63,812 nucleotides of DNA, filler included, from Phoronis australis (GCA_002633005.1; 6 parts of 6 records of this genome joined end to end with filler, not necessarily neighbours in it), one strand, 5' to 3'. Counted from the first letter of the whole stretch, positions 36,890 through 51,466 are shown. Numbers and translations are program-made. The notes: generated from the sequence alone by a model not told the origin.

Positions 36890-37689
36890 NNNNNNNNNNN
36901 NNNNNNNNNNNNNNNNNNNNNNNNNNNNNNNNNTTAATTAATTAANNNNNNNNNNNNNNNNNNNNNNNNNNNNNNNNNNNNNNNNNNNNTGAACTAGTAT
37001 ATATGAAAATCGTAAAATTAAAGGAAACAGCTTAAGCCGGTCATGCCCTCGCTCTGGAGGCACTCCAGCGCAGATTTCGTATGACTAAGCTATACGCGCA
37101 GTGGACAACTTAGCAGGCATGTGAGACGTGATCTCATCGATCATAATGTCCGCCTATCTGGCACTACAGTAGCCGACTATTCGAAAATGGTGCTGGTGGG
37201 AAATACCCGACCACGATGCTAGACGAAAAGAAAAGTTGACGCATTACCGTAACTTAAGCGGGTTGGAATAGGTTTAAATTATGCCGAGAGAACGAAATGG
37301 GAAGTATTATGTGATAGCAATTGTTTTAAATGTTTAAGACATTTTGTTGTTATTATTTTTATTTTATTAGTTTATTTTTCACTTATTATTTATTTAATTT
37401 GTAGCAATGTTTTAGTGTACGTTTTAGTTTGTCTATTAGTTGTATTATATGTTGGTTTTTAAATTTTTTTATTGAATTTTTTTTTTTTTTTGTAAAGTAT
37501 ACATATTTTTTAAGTGTTTTTCGGAAGGAAGTATGCCGATCAAAAGGTAGATAAACATGGTAGGGTTAGAGCCGGTGACGAAGTACTTGAAAAGGCCTAA
37601 CAAACAACATATCCAAGGGTGAGTACAGCATCTCCGTATCTTAAATCATGGAAAGTCGAATAAAATGTCAACAGTGACATGCAAAGGTT

Positions 37690-37870
37690 TTTTTTTATTA
37701 TTATTATGATTATTATTATTTATTACTTTATTATTCTTATTTATTATTATTATAATTATTTTTTTATATTTTTTATTTTTTTATTATTACTTTTTCTGTT
37801 TTTTTATTATTATTTTCTATTATTGTTTTGTTTTACTTAGTACCTAAAATTTTATTACTATTATTTTACC
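37690..37870. repeat. (TTA)n-rich low-complexity tract
   Basis: Degenerate ttattatta runs. Confidence 0.8.
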
Positions 37871-40800
37871 CACCAAAGTGGTTGCGCGCTATATGAGGAC
37901 ACTTCCATGTGTTAGACGCCGCACTTTCGAGCTTTACCGCACCAGGCTTCATGGCGATATGGGATAGATTCCCATCTAGGTCTTAACCATTGTAAATCCC
38001 ATCTGTTTACATCAATAATACCCCCAGTCCTGTTGGAATAGTACCAAGTCTAGTGTTATGTAATTCCAGTATCCGCCATGTGCCCAAACCATAAGTACGT
38101 NTGGAGCCGAGGACACACACTTGTCAAACCGCTGGCATTCAAGCTCGTTCTACATGGGTATCCAGACCCCAACTGTGTTTCACTCCTTGTTCAAGGCTTA
38201 AATTAGCTAGTGTCACGCGCTATCGTCACGCGCTTCGCTCTGTCTCGCGCTAGCCTTTGCCTAACGCGCGTGACTCAGTGGACATACTTTCGGTTATAGC
38301 GCGCGCGGTGAAAAAGTCAACGGGAACCAAAAAAAGTGGAGTTGAAATTCTTCGGCAAAATCAACCCAAACTCATAACTAAGCTTCATCGAAGATATGAA
38401 TAGAAGTAAAATAAATGGATCCATGAATAAATGAAGCGTTTTTTTTTTTTAAGTGATAGTTTTAAGTGTGGAATGTATTTTTGACGAGGTTAACTCAAAA
38501 TCAGTGGCCGGATTTGGCCAGACGAAATGGTACAGAAAGCGATGGGAAGTATTCTAGCCCCCAACCGGCCAACCGAGTGGCTACGCGTTGACTAGCCCCT
38601 GTCCTACTAGCCCCGTTGATAACCTTTATACCTCGCCGCCGGGTCTCATCCCCAAAGCAGACGGCGATTGTCACACGATTTCCCGCTTATACCCAGGGAA
38701 GTGGTGAAATGGCGAGGAATTGGTTTGGGTTTGAGTGATCATTGAAATCGAAAGAAATCGGCCGTTAGAAAAGCCATCTGCGGCTACAAATAATAAATAA
38801 GGGAAGTATCGTTTGTCCAGGACAATTAACGACGAACGGGAAGGAGTCTACTAGTTATAAACTTGTCTAATTAGGAAAACTTACGAGTGAATGTACTGTT
38901 GCTTGAGGCTGGGCCAACAGGAAGCATGAAGGGCTCTATAATGGTATTTGCCCAAATAATAGGATTTATGTCAGAGTGCCATAAATCTCATTATTTCTTT
39001 ACCGTTTGTGAAGTACACGGAGGGCACATATCAACAAGCTGTTTTGCTCATAGGATTAAAAAGCTAAAATGTACACCAAATTATGAAGAATTTGTCTCTG
39101 AACACATATTAGTGTACAAATCTATTTGAAATTAGGACTAAAACAGAAGGTACACTTACTAATTTTTGAGTAGTTGACGATTTAGAACACCGAATAAATT
39201 TCTTCAGGCAAAAATGAAAACTATATTAAACACCCTTGTCTGTATTCATGTTTTCTCTTTCCAATATTTAGGCGAAATCAAGGAAGGTGTTCTTACGGAA
39301 AATAATTCTTGAATGACAATTAGAAATTCAACATGGCGCTAAAATTTCGTTATACGTTCTTTTTAATCGGAAAGAATTTAGCGAGCGTCATGATTACACA
39401 GAAATGGCGTCTTTGAGGTGAAATTGGATCCGCTTGTCCAACTGTTTTTATACAGAAACTTAATGATCATAGTAATTCCTCGAAACAGTGATGTTCTCTT
39501 ACCTAAGTTTTCCTCCAGAACTTTCAGCAGAGATCCATACCGCGTGTTTTGATGTAGGAGAGCAACAACATACTATATAAGTCGAACCTCACTTGGTAAT
39601 TAAACCGAATTTATTTACAATTAAATTATTGTGTGGGTCTCCGCTTGAGTTCACGATTATCAACTCAATGGACAATACGTTGCGTAAGTAAGCTAGGTGT
39701 ATTATTTACTCTCATTGTCTAATTAACATCCACTGTTTGCTCATTTACACTTCACTCTTCAGAAAACTCTCATTAGGTGGGCATTAATTAAACTCTAATT
39801 AAAGGTGCTGTTTGTTGTAGAACGAGTTTTCAAAAAATCAACAAATGTCCTTATTTTGAGTAAATATTTTGATGATTTCATGCCACTTTTGAAAAAATAG
39901 AATATCACGATTCAATAAAATACAGTTTTTTCAACAAAAAAAATCAATTTTGCTTTACGTTGCTACACCAAATCTCCACAAGGCATCGTGTATACGTTGC
40001 CAACATTTTCAAAAATCTTGTCAACATTTTAAAAATCTTGAATACATTCTATTTAAATGTCAGTCAACAGTTTCAAAAAATCTCGTCAAATTTTTAAAAT
40101 TTTGTCAACATTTTATTAAATGTTCCAACAATCAAAAGTCTTACCAATATTCTTCTACAACATGACATCAAGATTCGATGTGCAAGTCGCTTCGCGCATA
40201 GAACGTGACGTAACAACCTAACCCGCATGTTGCGAGAGAACTAAAGAGCAGCCGATATCCGTCTGAAATTTCTCACCAAAAGTGGAAAGTTGGCTGGATG
40301 GTTTTGGTTTCTCAGTAGTACTACTTTGAAATCAAACAGGATCTTGGTGATCAGCTGACAAATGCCGCGACTGCCAATGAGTCGCCAGAAACTGTTTGGC
40401 AAGTAGTCACAGCAGTTATTGCCAGACTGGGCCAGAACCTGCCTAACTCAAGCACAACCGTGGTTCAAAAAGATAGTCACGTTTTGTGCGCGTAGAAGAT
40501 GCGCATAAAATGTACATAAACGTACATAAACGTTGGCACGCTTTTTTGAAAATGTTGGCAACGTTTAAATAAACATAATATGAAGTTATTTCATTCATTC
40601 ATAATCAACTAACTTGTGTAATCATGATAAAATTCTCTGCCACAGCTATCGTTGCCGTGCCGTTTAAAGGTTTATTAAGAATATGAGACACTGTAAACAG
40701 CTATGGCAGAGACATCGATTTCTAGTCTTTCTACAACAATCTACACAGTTACTTTGCAGCAACCACGTTGGGACACATTCCGGGTAGATCACAAAAGCGA

Positions 40801-41020
40801 TCGCTATTCAATGACTCTCGTCCTGTTTTTCGGTCTTGGCTCTCTCTCGTTCTTTGCTGTAGAACGAATAGAGATTGGTGAAATTGTTGCCAATAATTGC
40901 AATTGGAAGAGCAGTAAGTANNNNNNNNNNNNNNNNNNNNNNNNNNNNNNNNNNNNNNNNNNNNTTAATTAATTAANNNNNNNNNNNNNNNNNNNNNNNN
41001 NNNNNNNNNNNNNNNNNNNN

Positions 41021-42210
41021 TCTTCTGAAAATTTGACCTTTTCAATCAGCAAGTATTCTGATGTGTCAACCGTTAGACATCTGTGATTCTCAGCGTTAAA
41101 CACATTTTCCATGGGCTTTGCAATAATTCTCCTAAAGATGCTTAAAATGCACCGGATAAGGTCAATTAGTGCAAAGGTCATGTAACGTTCAAAATGTTAT
41201 ATCTCTTACGTTTTTCAAGAAATTCTTTTCAATTTCAGCACACTGGTGTAAGTCAACATGCCAATTAAATACTCTACTTTACTACGCAATAGGCCTAACC
41301 AATCAAAAAATAGGTCAAAAGTCATTGAGTGCACATTAAAATTTTGAGCTAGAGACTTCAAAATTACATATCTGTTTGCTAAATGCGATTGAGTTTGAAT
41401 TCTAAATTTTCAGGTCATTTGGTGCACCCATGGGGTCATTAGGTGAACTTTTCTTCCGACAGTTTGACCAATTCATTCATCTTCTATTCTGAAGTGCTTA
41501 AAGTAAAACATCTGTGATTCTTAGCATTAACCACACTTTAAATCGAGTTTATAATTATTCCCTGATCGGGGTTCATAATGCACCGGAAGAGGTCAACTAG
41601 TGGAAAGGTCATCAAAATATTAACATGTAATTTCTCCTACAATTTTAAAGAATTCCTTTTCATATTGGTAAACGGGTTGCTGTCAATAACGTCCCAAAAC
41701 AATTCCAGTAATAAGCACGCACAGAGTCCATTATTGTCACGCCGTGACAATAATCTTTCTAGTTATTCTTATTCTTCCTCTTATTCTTCTTCCGACCAAA
41801 TTTGAGGGTTAATAACTCCAAATTGGGTGCAGGTACGGTCTTTAAATTCAGCATATGACTTTTGACAGTATATAAATTTTGATTGGTTATATAATCATAT
41901 TTCACATTGCACCGGAAGAGGTCGTTTGGTGCAAGTCATATAATTTTGAAAATGCTACATCTCCTTCAGTTTTAAAGCTATCTTTTTCAAATTCGGTGCA
42001 CAGATATAAATCAACATGACAATTTAAAAAATTACTTTTCTAAGTAATCGAGTCATCCAATCAGGTGAAATAGGTCAAAGGTTATTAGGTGCAAACTAAA
42101 ATTTGGAGCTAGACACTTCAAATTGACAGGTCTGATTACCACAGGTAAATCAAATCGGAATCCAAAGTTTCAGGTCATTTAGTGCAAACATGGGGTCATT
42201 AGGTGGCCTA
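41021..42210. mobile_element. Helentron/HINE-like repeats with internal duplications
   Basis: Recurring tgcaccgga..aggtca and catggggtcattaggtg blocks; 12-bp hairpin ATTATTGTCACG-c-CGTGACAATAAT (41730-41754) followed by a (TTC/TTA)n tract. Confidence 0.55.
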
Positions 42211-42480
42211 TCGCGTTTCTGAATCAATGTAAATGTTACTGAACAACTCTTGTAAATGCCGACTCAGATCAATGTCCGAACAAGGAATCTAACCTGGACC
42301 AGCCATGTAAGCCCGTACGGTTGTACTTGCCTAAAAGGTGAGTTAAAAGGGGTCTGAATTGAAGATAAATTGGTGATTTTCGACACATCACTGTGACTGT
42401 GGCCGCTTCAGTCTTATCACACCTAACTACTTTGGAAACAAGTCGGATGTAATCTTCCCTTGTTTTGAGAATGACGCTAT

Positions 42481-44871
42481 CAGTGGCGGATCTACGGGGG
42501 GTTCAGGGGGTTTAAACCCCCCCTCGGGCCAGGACCCAAAAATTAAAAAAAGAACAAAAAAAAAACAAAAGCGTCTCCAACAAAACAAAAACGGCACCGC
42601 CAACGTGTGTAAACCCCAAGTAAACCAACTTGGAAAAAATTGAGGGGGGTTCACTCTGAAAATATAGTTTTTTGCAGTGTGAATTGCTGAGTCTTTGTGG
42701 CTCATTGGCAAAACGCGCGAGGATTTATTGTGCGCGCGCTTCCGTCGACACTTCTGAAGTAGCCAAGCATTTTAGATGGATTCACCGCTGAAAGAGCAGT
42801 TCTATAGCTGATTTCTTTAGGTAACTAGCTTCTTTACTCTAAGAAATATTTTGATTTGATTAGGGAAATACTGCGGTGCCGCAACCCTGATATTCAGGCG
42901 AATTGACATGCAACGTTTTTACCTCATCTGTCATGCCGTGCCATTCTATTACACTCAACACGTGTTTAACTGGTGTATAGTAATGTTGTCTTGCGCAATA
43001 TCATACAGTGTACATGTACATGTAATATTGTGTACATGTACATAAAATATTTTTGAAAAAAATTCTTTTTCCGAAGAATTGCTATTGTGGCGGGCGCCGT
43101 GGTCTGGTCGCGAGTCCGTTTGAAGACACACTTTATAAGAAGTTATGTCTATACAAGGAATGACAAAGGGGGCACTCATATTGAGAAAGTGACCGCAATC
43201 GCGAAAAGTGTACAGTACCAGAAATTGCGGGGAGGCTGTTCTTTCACAATTAAAGTCTTGCGGGACTCGTGCGATGTTCAATAGACCTCCTAAGGAGCCC
43301 TAGTTCCGACCTCAACACCTACCGTCTGTCTACCTGCAATAAGCCCACTGCCGTCTTCTATACTGGGAATTTCCGCAGAAAGGCTCACCCGATGAAACGC
43401 TCATGCCCATGGGCATTTATTTGATATTAGTACTTCGGGTTTCAAGCGTTCAGACATTGGGACGTTTATTTCGAAAATTGCAAGAGATGCAAATAGGTCC
43501 TGGGATTCTTCATCAAGGTTTGAAGTAGTCCATGATGAACGGATCAAATTTAGTTTCGCATGTAAGTCTTTCGAATGGTCTTGGCAACCTCAAGGGCCTT
43601 AGTGTCAACTGAGCTGCGAAACGAGATACTGACATTGTAGAGGCTTACAAGCTCATTGACACAGCAGTTGACGAAGTGCAAGCGTTGGGAACAAACATCG
43701 AAGATATCTGGGTAGAATGGTTCCAAGACGAGCAAATTTTTGAATCCGATATACAAATTTCTCGGCAGTCTAGACAACAGAAGGATAGGACTAACGTATA
43801 AGTAACCACTGGGGATTAAAATTTTAGAGATAAGTTTTCAATTCAAAATTTTTGGCATAGTACACTTTAGGTCTCGCGACGGACCAGGCCAGCTTGATTT
43901 GTGAAGATGTTGAGTTTCAGTGTACTTCTGGTCCCTCGGCGAACTAGTCTTGTGGTTTTTTTACCAAAGTGTGCTTTGTAAAACTATTTATCTCAGCCAG
44001 TAATGTTTGGTCCCGCGACAGATCGACTATTTTTATACGGATAATAAGCACAGGTCACTGCACTCTTGGTCTCATGACGGACCAGGTCAGCTTTTTGTGT
44101 ACTCTCAGTGTACATCTGGTCCCTCTGCAAACTAGTCCAGTGTATCTTTTCACCGCTTTGCACAGGATGTTTTGGTTTCGTGAAACTGTTTCCAGATGAT
44201 TTGTTTCCTGATAGATTTGACGTTTTTCAATTGTTGTCAACGTGATTCAGCTTAATAAAGTGATACCTAATTATTTATTGTCGCTTTTAATAATAGACTA
44301 TGAGTTGAGAGCACCATCGTTCGCGAGTTTTTCTCGTAACGAGACAGAACACATGTTTATTTCCGGACTAACAGTGCAGGTCTTCGTTCTTAAACAATTT
44401 GAGGCTGCTGTTACGCGATCATCTGATATTCAAGTTTTTACGCCCCGTCGGTGCTCCTTAATTATGCTCTTGAATATTTGGAAATTGTCTAAACCCCTGA
44501 AAACACACCAAACTTTTTCGTATGCTAAAAAAGGTGTGTGTAAGCAGATGTTCTAACAAAAATTTTTGCTGGTGGTGTGACTTATACCCAGATGTGCACA
44601 ATATGGTTTCACGAAACTTATGTGCCAAGTTCATGTGACGAAATCGAGAACGGTTTTTAGTTATCTTAAGAAAAACTCCAGAGACATGTTAAGTTACAGA
44701 AACTTACCAGGATGCATGGAAATTTCACTATTTGGCTACAAAAACAAAAAATATCTTACACGGAAGGGAAAACCCCCCTCCCGACCTCTCCCCTCTCAGC
44801 GCTACGCTCCTAGGATTCGATCTTGGCGGGAATCCTAAACACCCCTTGCAGAAAACGTAGATCCGCCACTA
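42481..44871 (+). mobile_element. Decayed hAT transposon (THAP12/PRKRIR-ZMYM1-like transposase remnants), both ends, 5-bp TSD
   Basis: TIR CAGTGGCGGATCTACG...CGTAGATCCGCCACTA; GCTAT on both flanks; remnants TR*NAH and KRDTDIVEAYKLIDTAVDEVQAL..IWVEWF. Confidence 0.85.
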
Positions 44872-46485
44872 GCTATCAATATTTTGTAATAACTTCAGTG
44901 TAGGTTCACGAGTTATAACTCACGGAATCAGGCTGTTAGTGTTAGTCAGATGGAACACAACGGTGTCAGTGCCCGCAAATGTCTAGACTTGACCACGCAA
45001 ATACACGTGTTGTTGGTCATTTTGTACTAGGGAAAAATGGGAAACGAACAACAGGACAAGGACATGGTCGAAAAAAGTTGATGAATGTAACAACTGAATA
45101 ATATTCCTATTAATCAGTGGATTAGACAGTGACCACAGTCTCTAGTTGGCCCCAGTAGAGACAGTCAAAGTCATGTTGTTTAAGTACCTCTTGCTCATAG
45201 AGGGACACCTTAGGTACCCACTGATCTTTAATTTCTTCCAACTCAAACAAATACTCCTGTAATGCAACTTTTTCTTCAATCAGTCCTTCGTTCAGTTGCC
45301 CAAACCATCAACTGGCCAGTTTTACACTGTGCGCTCACCTATTTTTACCGCGCCTGCCAACGTGAGGCATAATTCGCCTTTTAAGGCGAATTATGCCTCA
45401 CGTTTAAAAGCCTTCCGGCCTATGTTACTATCAGTGGATGAAACTTGTTATCCATGTCAGGGACCATTATGTCCGAGCAGAGTCATATTTTGTAATTCTG
45501 TAATTGTAGAATTCCTGCAAAAAGGTTAATTAAAAATATTTCCCTTCTGCAGTACTAAAATTGATCAGCTTGATTAAGAATTTACAGCCGTAAGTCAATT
45601 CACTTGAACACAATTCTAGGTGGCACATCAGTCATGCTAGTAAAAATTGAAAGCCTTTGCTATTTACGTATATTTAATTTCAGATTTGTTCTGTAATACT
45701 CCAGTGAAAAAGGCAAAATCAAAGACATGCATATTATGTGGCAAACTGTTATACTCTGACTCTCACTCACACAAAGTTAAAAAATGCTGCATTAAAGCAG
45801 AGGTACTTGGATTTTTTTAACCCGTTTACATTCAATTCAACAATGATTTGCTGGACACTAGGCCTGTGTTTATTTGCAGCTCATGCATTTCGTTTTGTTC
45901 AAAACTCACACAGCTGCAGAAATCAGCGAGAATGGATGTCACCATTCTCATTGCTCAGTCTGAAGATCGACAGAAACATGTATTAATTGATTCGCCATCT
46001 GTTTCTAAGAAGCCAATAGGAGCAAAGAGATTGTTAAATTTTGAGTCCGCGTTAGTTGACCATGGGTATTCAGTATTTGGGGGTTATCAACAGACAACAA
46101 TCCAACTCTTTCCTGTCAAACGTGTCTAAAGATTCGACTGAGCAACTTGATCGGAAACTGTTGTTTAAAATCAGTACATCTTTGGATGATCTTTGCCAGA
46201 CTTCAAAAAATGTATGCTTAGACTTCCCATGAGGGACCTGGATGACAAGCTGCTTCTTTGGAAAATTGTGAAATAAGTGGGAAATTGTTCACATGTTCTA
46301 CCGCTTCTGTTACTATGTGTCATTCACTATATATTAGTATGACTAATTAAAAAATGACTTCACTGTAGCCGTAATGTATGGGATATGTGTAGATGTTTGC
46401 GTGACTTTTTCCCGCCAGATGTGAATTTGAATTTCTGAAAATTTTCCACCTAATTTTGACGAGAAACAAGGTATAATATCAAACC

Positions 46486-47498
46486 ATGGAGGACGAAAAC
46501 AGAAAAAGGAACGCCAGCACCGAAAGCACTGCACTAAATGTGATTTCTAAGAAGCTGACGCAAACTACAATGGATTTTAGAAGTATTACCCCAGTCCGTG
46601 AGGCAGATCGCAGTATATGTGAAAGTGATCCTGAAATCCTGAGGTTTCAAAAGGCACTTACATCGCCAGAAGTGATCAAAACTTTGAGAGAACAACTAAT
46701 AGATCTTGCCCTAAACGAGATTAAGAGCTTCTATGAATCCAAACTAAAGGAAAAGGACGACCAGATTCATGACCTCAAAGTGCAAGTGAGTGACCTTCAA
46801 AATAGTGTGGACAGTCTCGAGCAATATTCTCGTCGAANGGTTTCAAAAGGCACTTACATCGCCAGAAGTGATCAAAACTTTGAGAGAGCAACTAATAGAT
46901 CCTGCCCTAAACGATATTAAGAGCTTCTATGAATCCAAACTAAAGGAAAAAGACGACCAGATTCACGACCTCAAAGTGCAAGTGAGTGACCTTCAAAATA
47001 GTGTGGACAGTCTCGAGCAATATTCTCGTCGAAATAACATAGTAATCCACGGAATCAACGAGCCAGATAACGAACGCAAAGGGGACACAGATAAAGCTGT
47101 TATTGATCTTGGCAAGATGCTTAATATCGACATTAGTTACGAAGACATATGTAGATCTCATACACTAGGACCCAAGAAACCCAATCAGTCAAGGCATATC
47201 CTAATCATATGCAAATTCATAGCTTACAACACCCATGCGATGTTTCTCCAGCATAAAAGTAAACTCAGATCCCAAGTCAGACCACTGTATATTAACGAAA
47301 ATTTGACCAAAAGAAGATCCAGTCTATTTGCTCGATGTCGGCGCCTCGTGAAGTCACACACAATAAANCGTGAAGTCACACGCAATAAACAGAATCTGGA
47401 CCGATGATGGAAACATTTTGATTCAACTGAAAGACAACAAGATCAAGCAAATCTCTTCCGAGACAGACGTACTTGTGCTCGAAAACTGTGAACTATAG
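46486..47498 (+). CDS. LINE ORF1 protein (CR1/L2/Crack group), interrupted by two n-joined overlaps
   Basis: Coiled coil then LEQYSRRNNIVIHGINE..DTDKAV..DICRSH.LG..IICKF..LYINENLTKRR..LF..WTDDGNI. Confidence 0.85.
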
Positions 47499-48819
47499 TC
47501 TGTACTCCGCATCAATTGGCAAGTATGATTTGTAGAACGCAACACACATTCAATGTAAAATATGGCTTACTCCCTTATTCAACTCTCGCCATGTTTGTTT
47601 ACTCTGTTCTGGCGCAGCCCGAGTCTTTTTCACTCCGAGTCTACTCCTACAGGCCACCCATTAATAAACAAATTTTCGTCTTAAAGCCACTCATCCGTTT
47701 ACAGGTGCAGTCCTTATAATGAAAGGGTTACATAACTAAGACGCGCCGTCATAGTGACAATTACCTTCAAGCACACTTTTATTTTCTGATTCCTAATTTA
47801 CCCCAAATCAAAGTTTAGAGAAATTGCTTCATTGTGGTTACCAAAAGGCCAGTGCATACTCTCTTGGTACACGTTAACATTAATTTAGATCCTAATAGAA
47901 GTGACAACGTGCCGATGTATGCTTGCAAGTCGTTCTGTGAAAAAATCTGTGACCTAATAACATAATTATGTGCTCAAACAAAGCCAAACTTAGCTCTTGC
48001 CTATAAATTTTGATTTTGATATTGGCATGACAACTTTTGGCCCACGGGCAAACTCGGTGCAGCAAAAAGTACAGCTCGCTTGAATTTTGATTTTGCAAGT
48101 GATAATGTACTTTAAATGCTCTTCTGGGTCAATTAGCTACAGCCTACTCGTATGGCTTCCTAATAACAATGAAACAACAAGGAGTAAAATCAGAACATCT
48201 TTTATCTTAGTAATGAATATTTTTTAAAGAATTTCACGTCTCACATGTGTCATGATTATGAAACTACACTGAACTTGACAACTGTAGTTGTGTCATTCAG
48301 ATACATGTACATGTATGTTACCTCAATGATTCATTTTCATCTACAGATCAAGACTTCCATCAAGTGTGAATCAGTTCAGGAGTTAACTTTGCTTTTTAAG
48401 TTGTTTCAATTTTTATCACCATTAACATTCAAGCTAAAAACGGCCAAACGAGTATCGTATTGTCTCAGAGCTCTATTTGACTCGGGCAGCCTCATGCGTA
48501 ATAAGACAACTCAATTGGCAATATATTTTCATCCCAAAGTACAGTATTAATGTTCTACATATATACAAATTGTTTACCCCGTTGACTCTCATCTATTTGA
48601 ACTAATATCACATCCGTAGTATGCCAATCCATTTCACTTGTTAATGTTACTAATCCATCAGTTTTCTATTTGCAAGATTTATCCTAACTCAATGTAATTA
48701 AATTAGTGATGGTGGGAATTTTCATGCCTACCCTAGTGTTTATAGCTTTTGTCCTTACTTCATTACTTTTAGTCTATTCACACACTTGTATATACTTCTT
48801 TTTCTCTTGTTAGATAAGC

Positions 48820-49347
48820 ATGTTAACTATGAACTGTATGAATTTATCAGTATTTAACTACAGACATAATAATTATAATTGTTCGGGTATCTGGAAAACA
48901 AAAACACCCCACTGCTTTTCGTCTATTACGCTCGATCTCACTCTTCTACTACGAAAACGACCCCGAACTGAGCACTTACGTAATGTTTACTGCACAATGA
49001 AGAACTCATGTTGTGATATCCGAGTTATCATTGAGCAAAGTCTTTTGACTGCTGGTGACATAGAGGTCAATCCAGGACCAGGCACTCAGGGTTTAGCCAG
49101 CTTCAAGGTCTTATTCACTCATATCAACAGTATCAAGGCGAACAATCTTTCAAGATTTGATCTTCTCAAGCAAGTTATTACAGACAACAATTACATGGTC
49201 ATTGCTATATGCGAATCTGGAACACTGTCCGAAGACAACCTCAGTGCACTTATTATTCCAGAATACAACATTGCCTACCACACTAACGCCGTTAGGGGGT
49301 TGATCTTGTTTGTCCACAACTCCGTAAATTACAAAACAATTGATGAT
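48820..49347 (+). pseudogene. LINE ORF2 N-terminus: 2A-like peptide + start of AP endonuclease
   Basis: SLLTAGDIEVNPGP, then FKVLFTHINSI...VIAICES..IPEY..RGLILFV. Confidence 0.82.
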
Positions 49348-50074
49348 NGTTAACACCAGTTCAGTGTTGCATAACTTTTCAATTCAAAAGGACTGCAGAC
49401 AAACAGTTGGCTCAAATCGAGTTGTCCATGACTTGATTAATGGCTTAGTGAACATATTGCACTCTGTTCACTGGCAATATGGGCTTTTTTGTATTTGGAT
49501 AAGTTAGGACAATCGCATTTATTTTTGAGTTTTTAGGGCTGAAGTAACCAACCTATCGACATTAATAGGTAAAAAAATACCACCCATTTTTAATGCATCA
49601 CTTCTTACAGGAACGACCACCCATAATTTGAGTTTTTTTCTGAAGACCACCACCCATGAATTTTTATTTCTACTGCCGTCCCCCCCCTCCCACACGGATT
49701 TTACTGGAACAGCCCTTAGCCAGTTACAACCATTTCATAGCTGTTTTGGTTTGTGCACACAAGTTTTCTAATTTCCTCAAAATTTAATTGGTAATGGGAA
49801 GTGTGGTTCTCGCTGTGAAGGGGCAGTGAAAGAATTTTAACTCTTAACAGGCATTTATCATTATGAAATTGGCCTCAAATGTCTCCTTAGCATAACTATA
49901 GACTGGTAATGTCTTGCTTTGGAAAGAGCTGACTCCATGTAATTCCTTTTAGATCAGTTCTACATGTTGGCTTGTCATAGAAACTTGTCTTATGTGGCGA
50001 GGTTGATCTTTTGCTATAGTGAACTGTCAGTTCTTTTCATAGCCAGAAATGTATATTGAGTAAGGAACACTGTC

Positions 50075-50229
50075 TTTGAGACCATTGTCATAATAGTACT
50101 AAGTTGTCTAAGAAACACTTTGAGACCAATGTCATAATAGTACTAAGTTGTGTAAGAAACACTTTGAGACCAATGTCATAATAGTACTAAGTTGTCTAAG
50201 AAACACTTTGAGACCATTGTCATAATAGT
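50075..50229. repeat. 44-bp minisatellite, ~3.5 copies
   Basis: agaaacactttgagaccaatgtcataatagtactaagttgtcta recurs at 50111, 50155, 50199. Confidence 0.92.
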
Positions 50230-50230
50230 C

Positions 50231-51292
50231 TTACAATTGCAAACTGACCTTAACAAACTCTATGACTGGTCTCACAAATGGAAGATGAAATTTAAACCTG
50301 AAAAAGTTAATCTTATATTTTATAAGTCTAATAATACTCATTTCCAAACAAATCCAACACTGGAATTATCACTCAATGGGGAAGTTATCCCCAATAAGTT
50401 CACGCAGAAACATCTTGGCTTGTTACTCGACCATAAGCTTACATTTACTCCTCATTGTCGCGAACTCGTTCAAAAAGTACAAAAATTAATTAATCCAATT
50501 AGAATTATCTCTCTTCATCTCAACTCCATGCATCTTGAAACTCTGTTCAAGTCTTTTGTACTTCCACATCCAGATTACTGTGATATAATCTACCAATCGG
50601 CAAACGCTGGCATACTTCTTCAATTAGAAAGACTACAATACCAAGCAGCTTTAGCCATAACCGGGGCATACAAAGGGTCCAACACAATCAAGGTTCTAAA
50701 TAGTCTTCACTGGAGCAAACTAGCAACCAGCGTCGTAAACTCCACCTGTCCATGTATACATTCAAAGTCTTAACCAACATCAACAATTGCTCTAACAAAA
50801 TCCTCTTTGACTCCTACAAAAAACCAAGCACGAGATCAGGACTCTGGCAAAGCAATATGTATACTATTCTAGCCTCCATCAGCCAAGCCTTCAGAAGATC
50901 AACGATATTAACTTGTATTGACAACTGGAATTCCTTACCATTCAAAATAAAAGAAAGCACTTCAATCGTCACTCTCAAAAATAACTTTAAAATGCATACC
51001 ACTACTCCAGACTCAAGATGAGGTCTATTCCTAAACAACGAGAAATTTAGACATAATTTTAATAATATTTCGCCTCTGTGTTCCTGTGGAGATACCCAGA
51101 CATATCCTCATGTTTTCTTTGCTTGTGAGGTATGCAAGGAGGAGAGGGTACAGCTCTTCCAGGCACTCGAACAATACCCCAATGTTTACAAAAAATATTC
51201 TGAAATTCCGCAATTGTACAACAAAATTAATTTCTTTCTATATGGATGTCAAGAACTTAACTCAAAGGAAAATAAGGTTTTATTTGAAATAG
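50231..51292 (+). pseudogene. LINE ORF2 RT C-terminal region, frameshifted
   Basis: LQTDLNKLYDWSHKWKMKF.PEK..KHLGLLLDHKLTF..H..FVLPH.DYCDIIY..LERLQYQAALAITGA..WNSLP. Confidence 0.88.
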
Positions 51293-51466
51293 TATCAGAA
51301 TTTCTTTATAGCATTAAATCTTTGTGTGAGTGGATAGAATTTTATACGTCTGTATGAAAATGAATTATTTTCATTCGTTGTCATTTATCATTGTATTCTT
51401 AACATCAGTTTTTTTATTTATGTATTCGTATATAATAATTGTATATATACTTCTTTGTATTTTTTT

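Noticed and set aside
46643-47033. Tandem 195-bp coiled-coil duplication in LINE ORF1
   Set aside because: Copies are joined by a single n (46838) and break frame; most likely an unmerged contig or allele overlap, as at 47368.
50075-50229. CRISPR-like array
   Set aside because: Contiguous 44-bp units with no unique spacers, no cas genes, eukaryotic context; it is a minisatellite.
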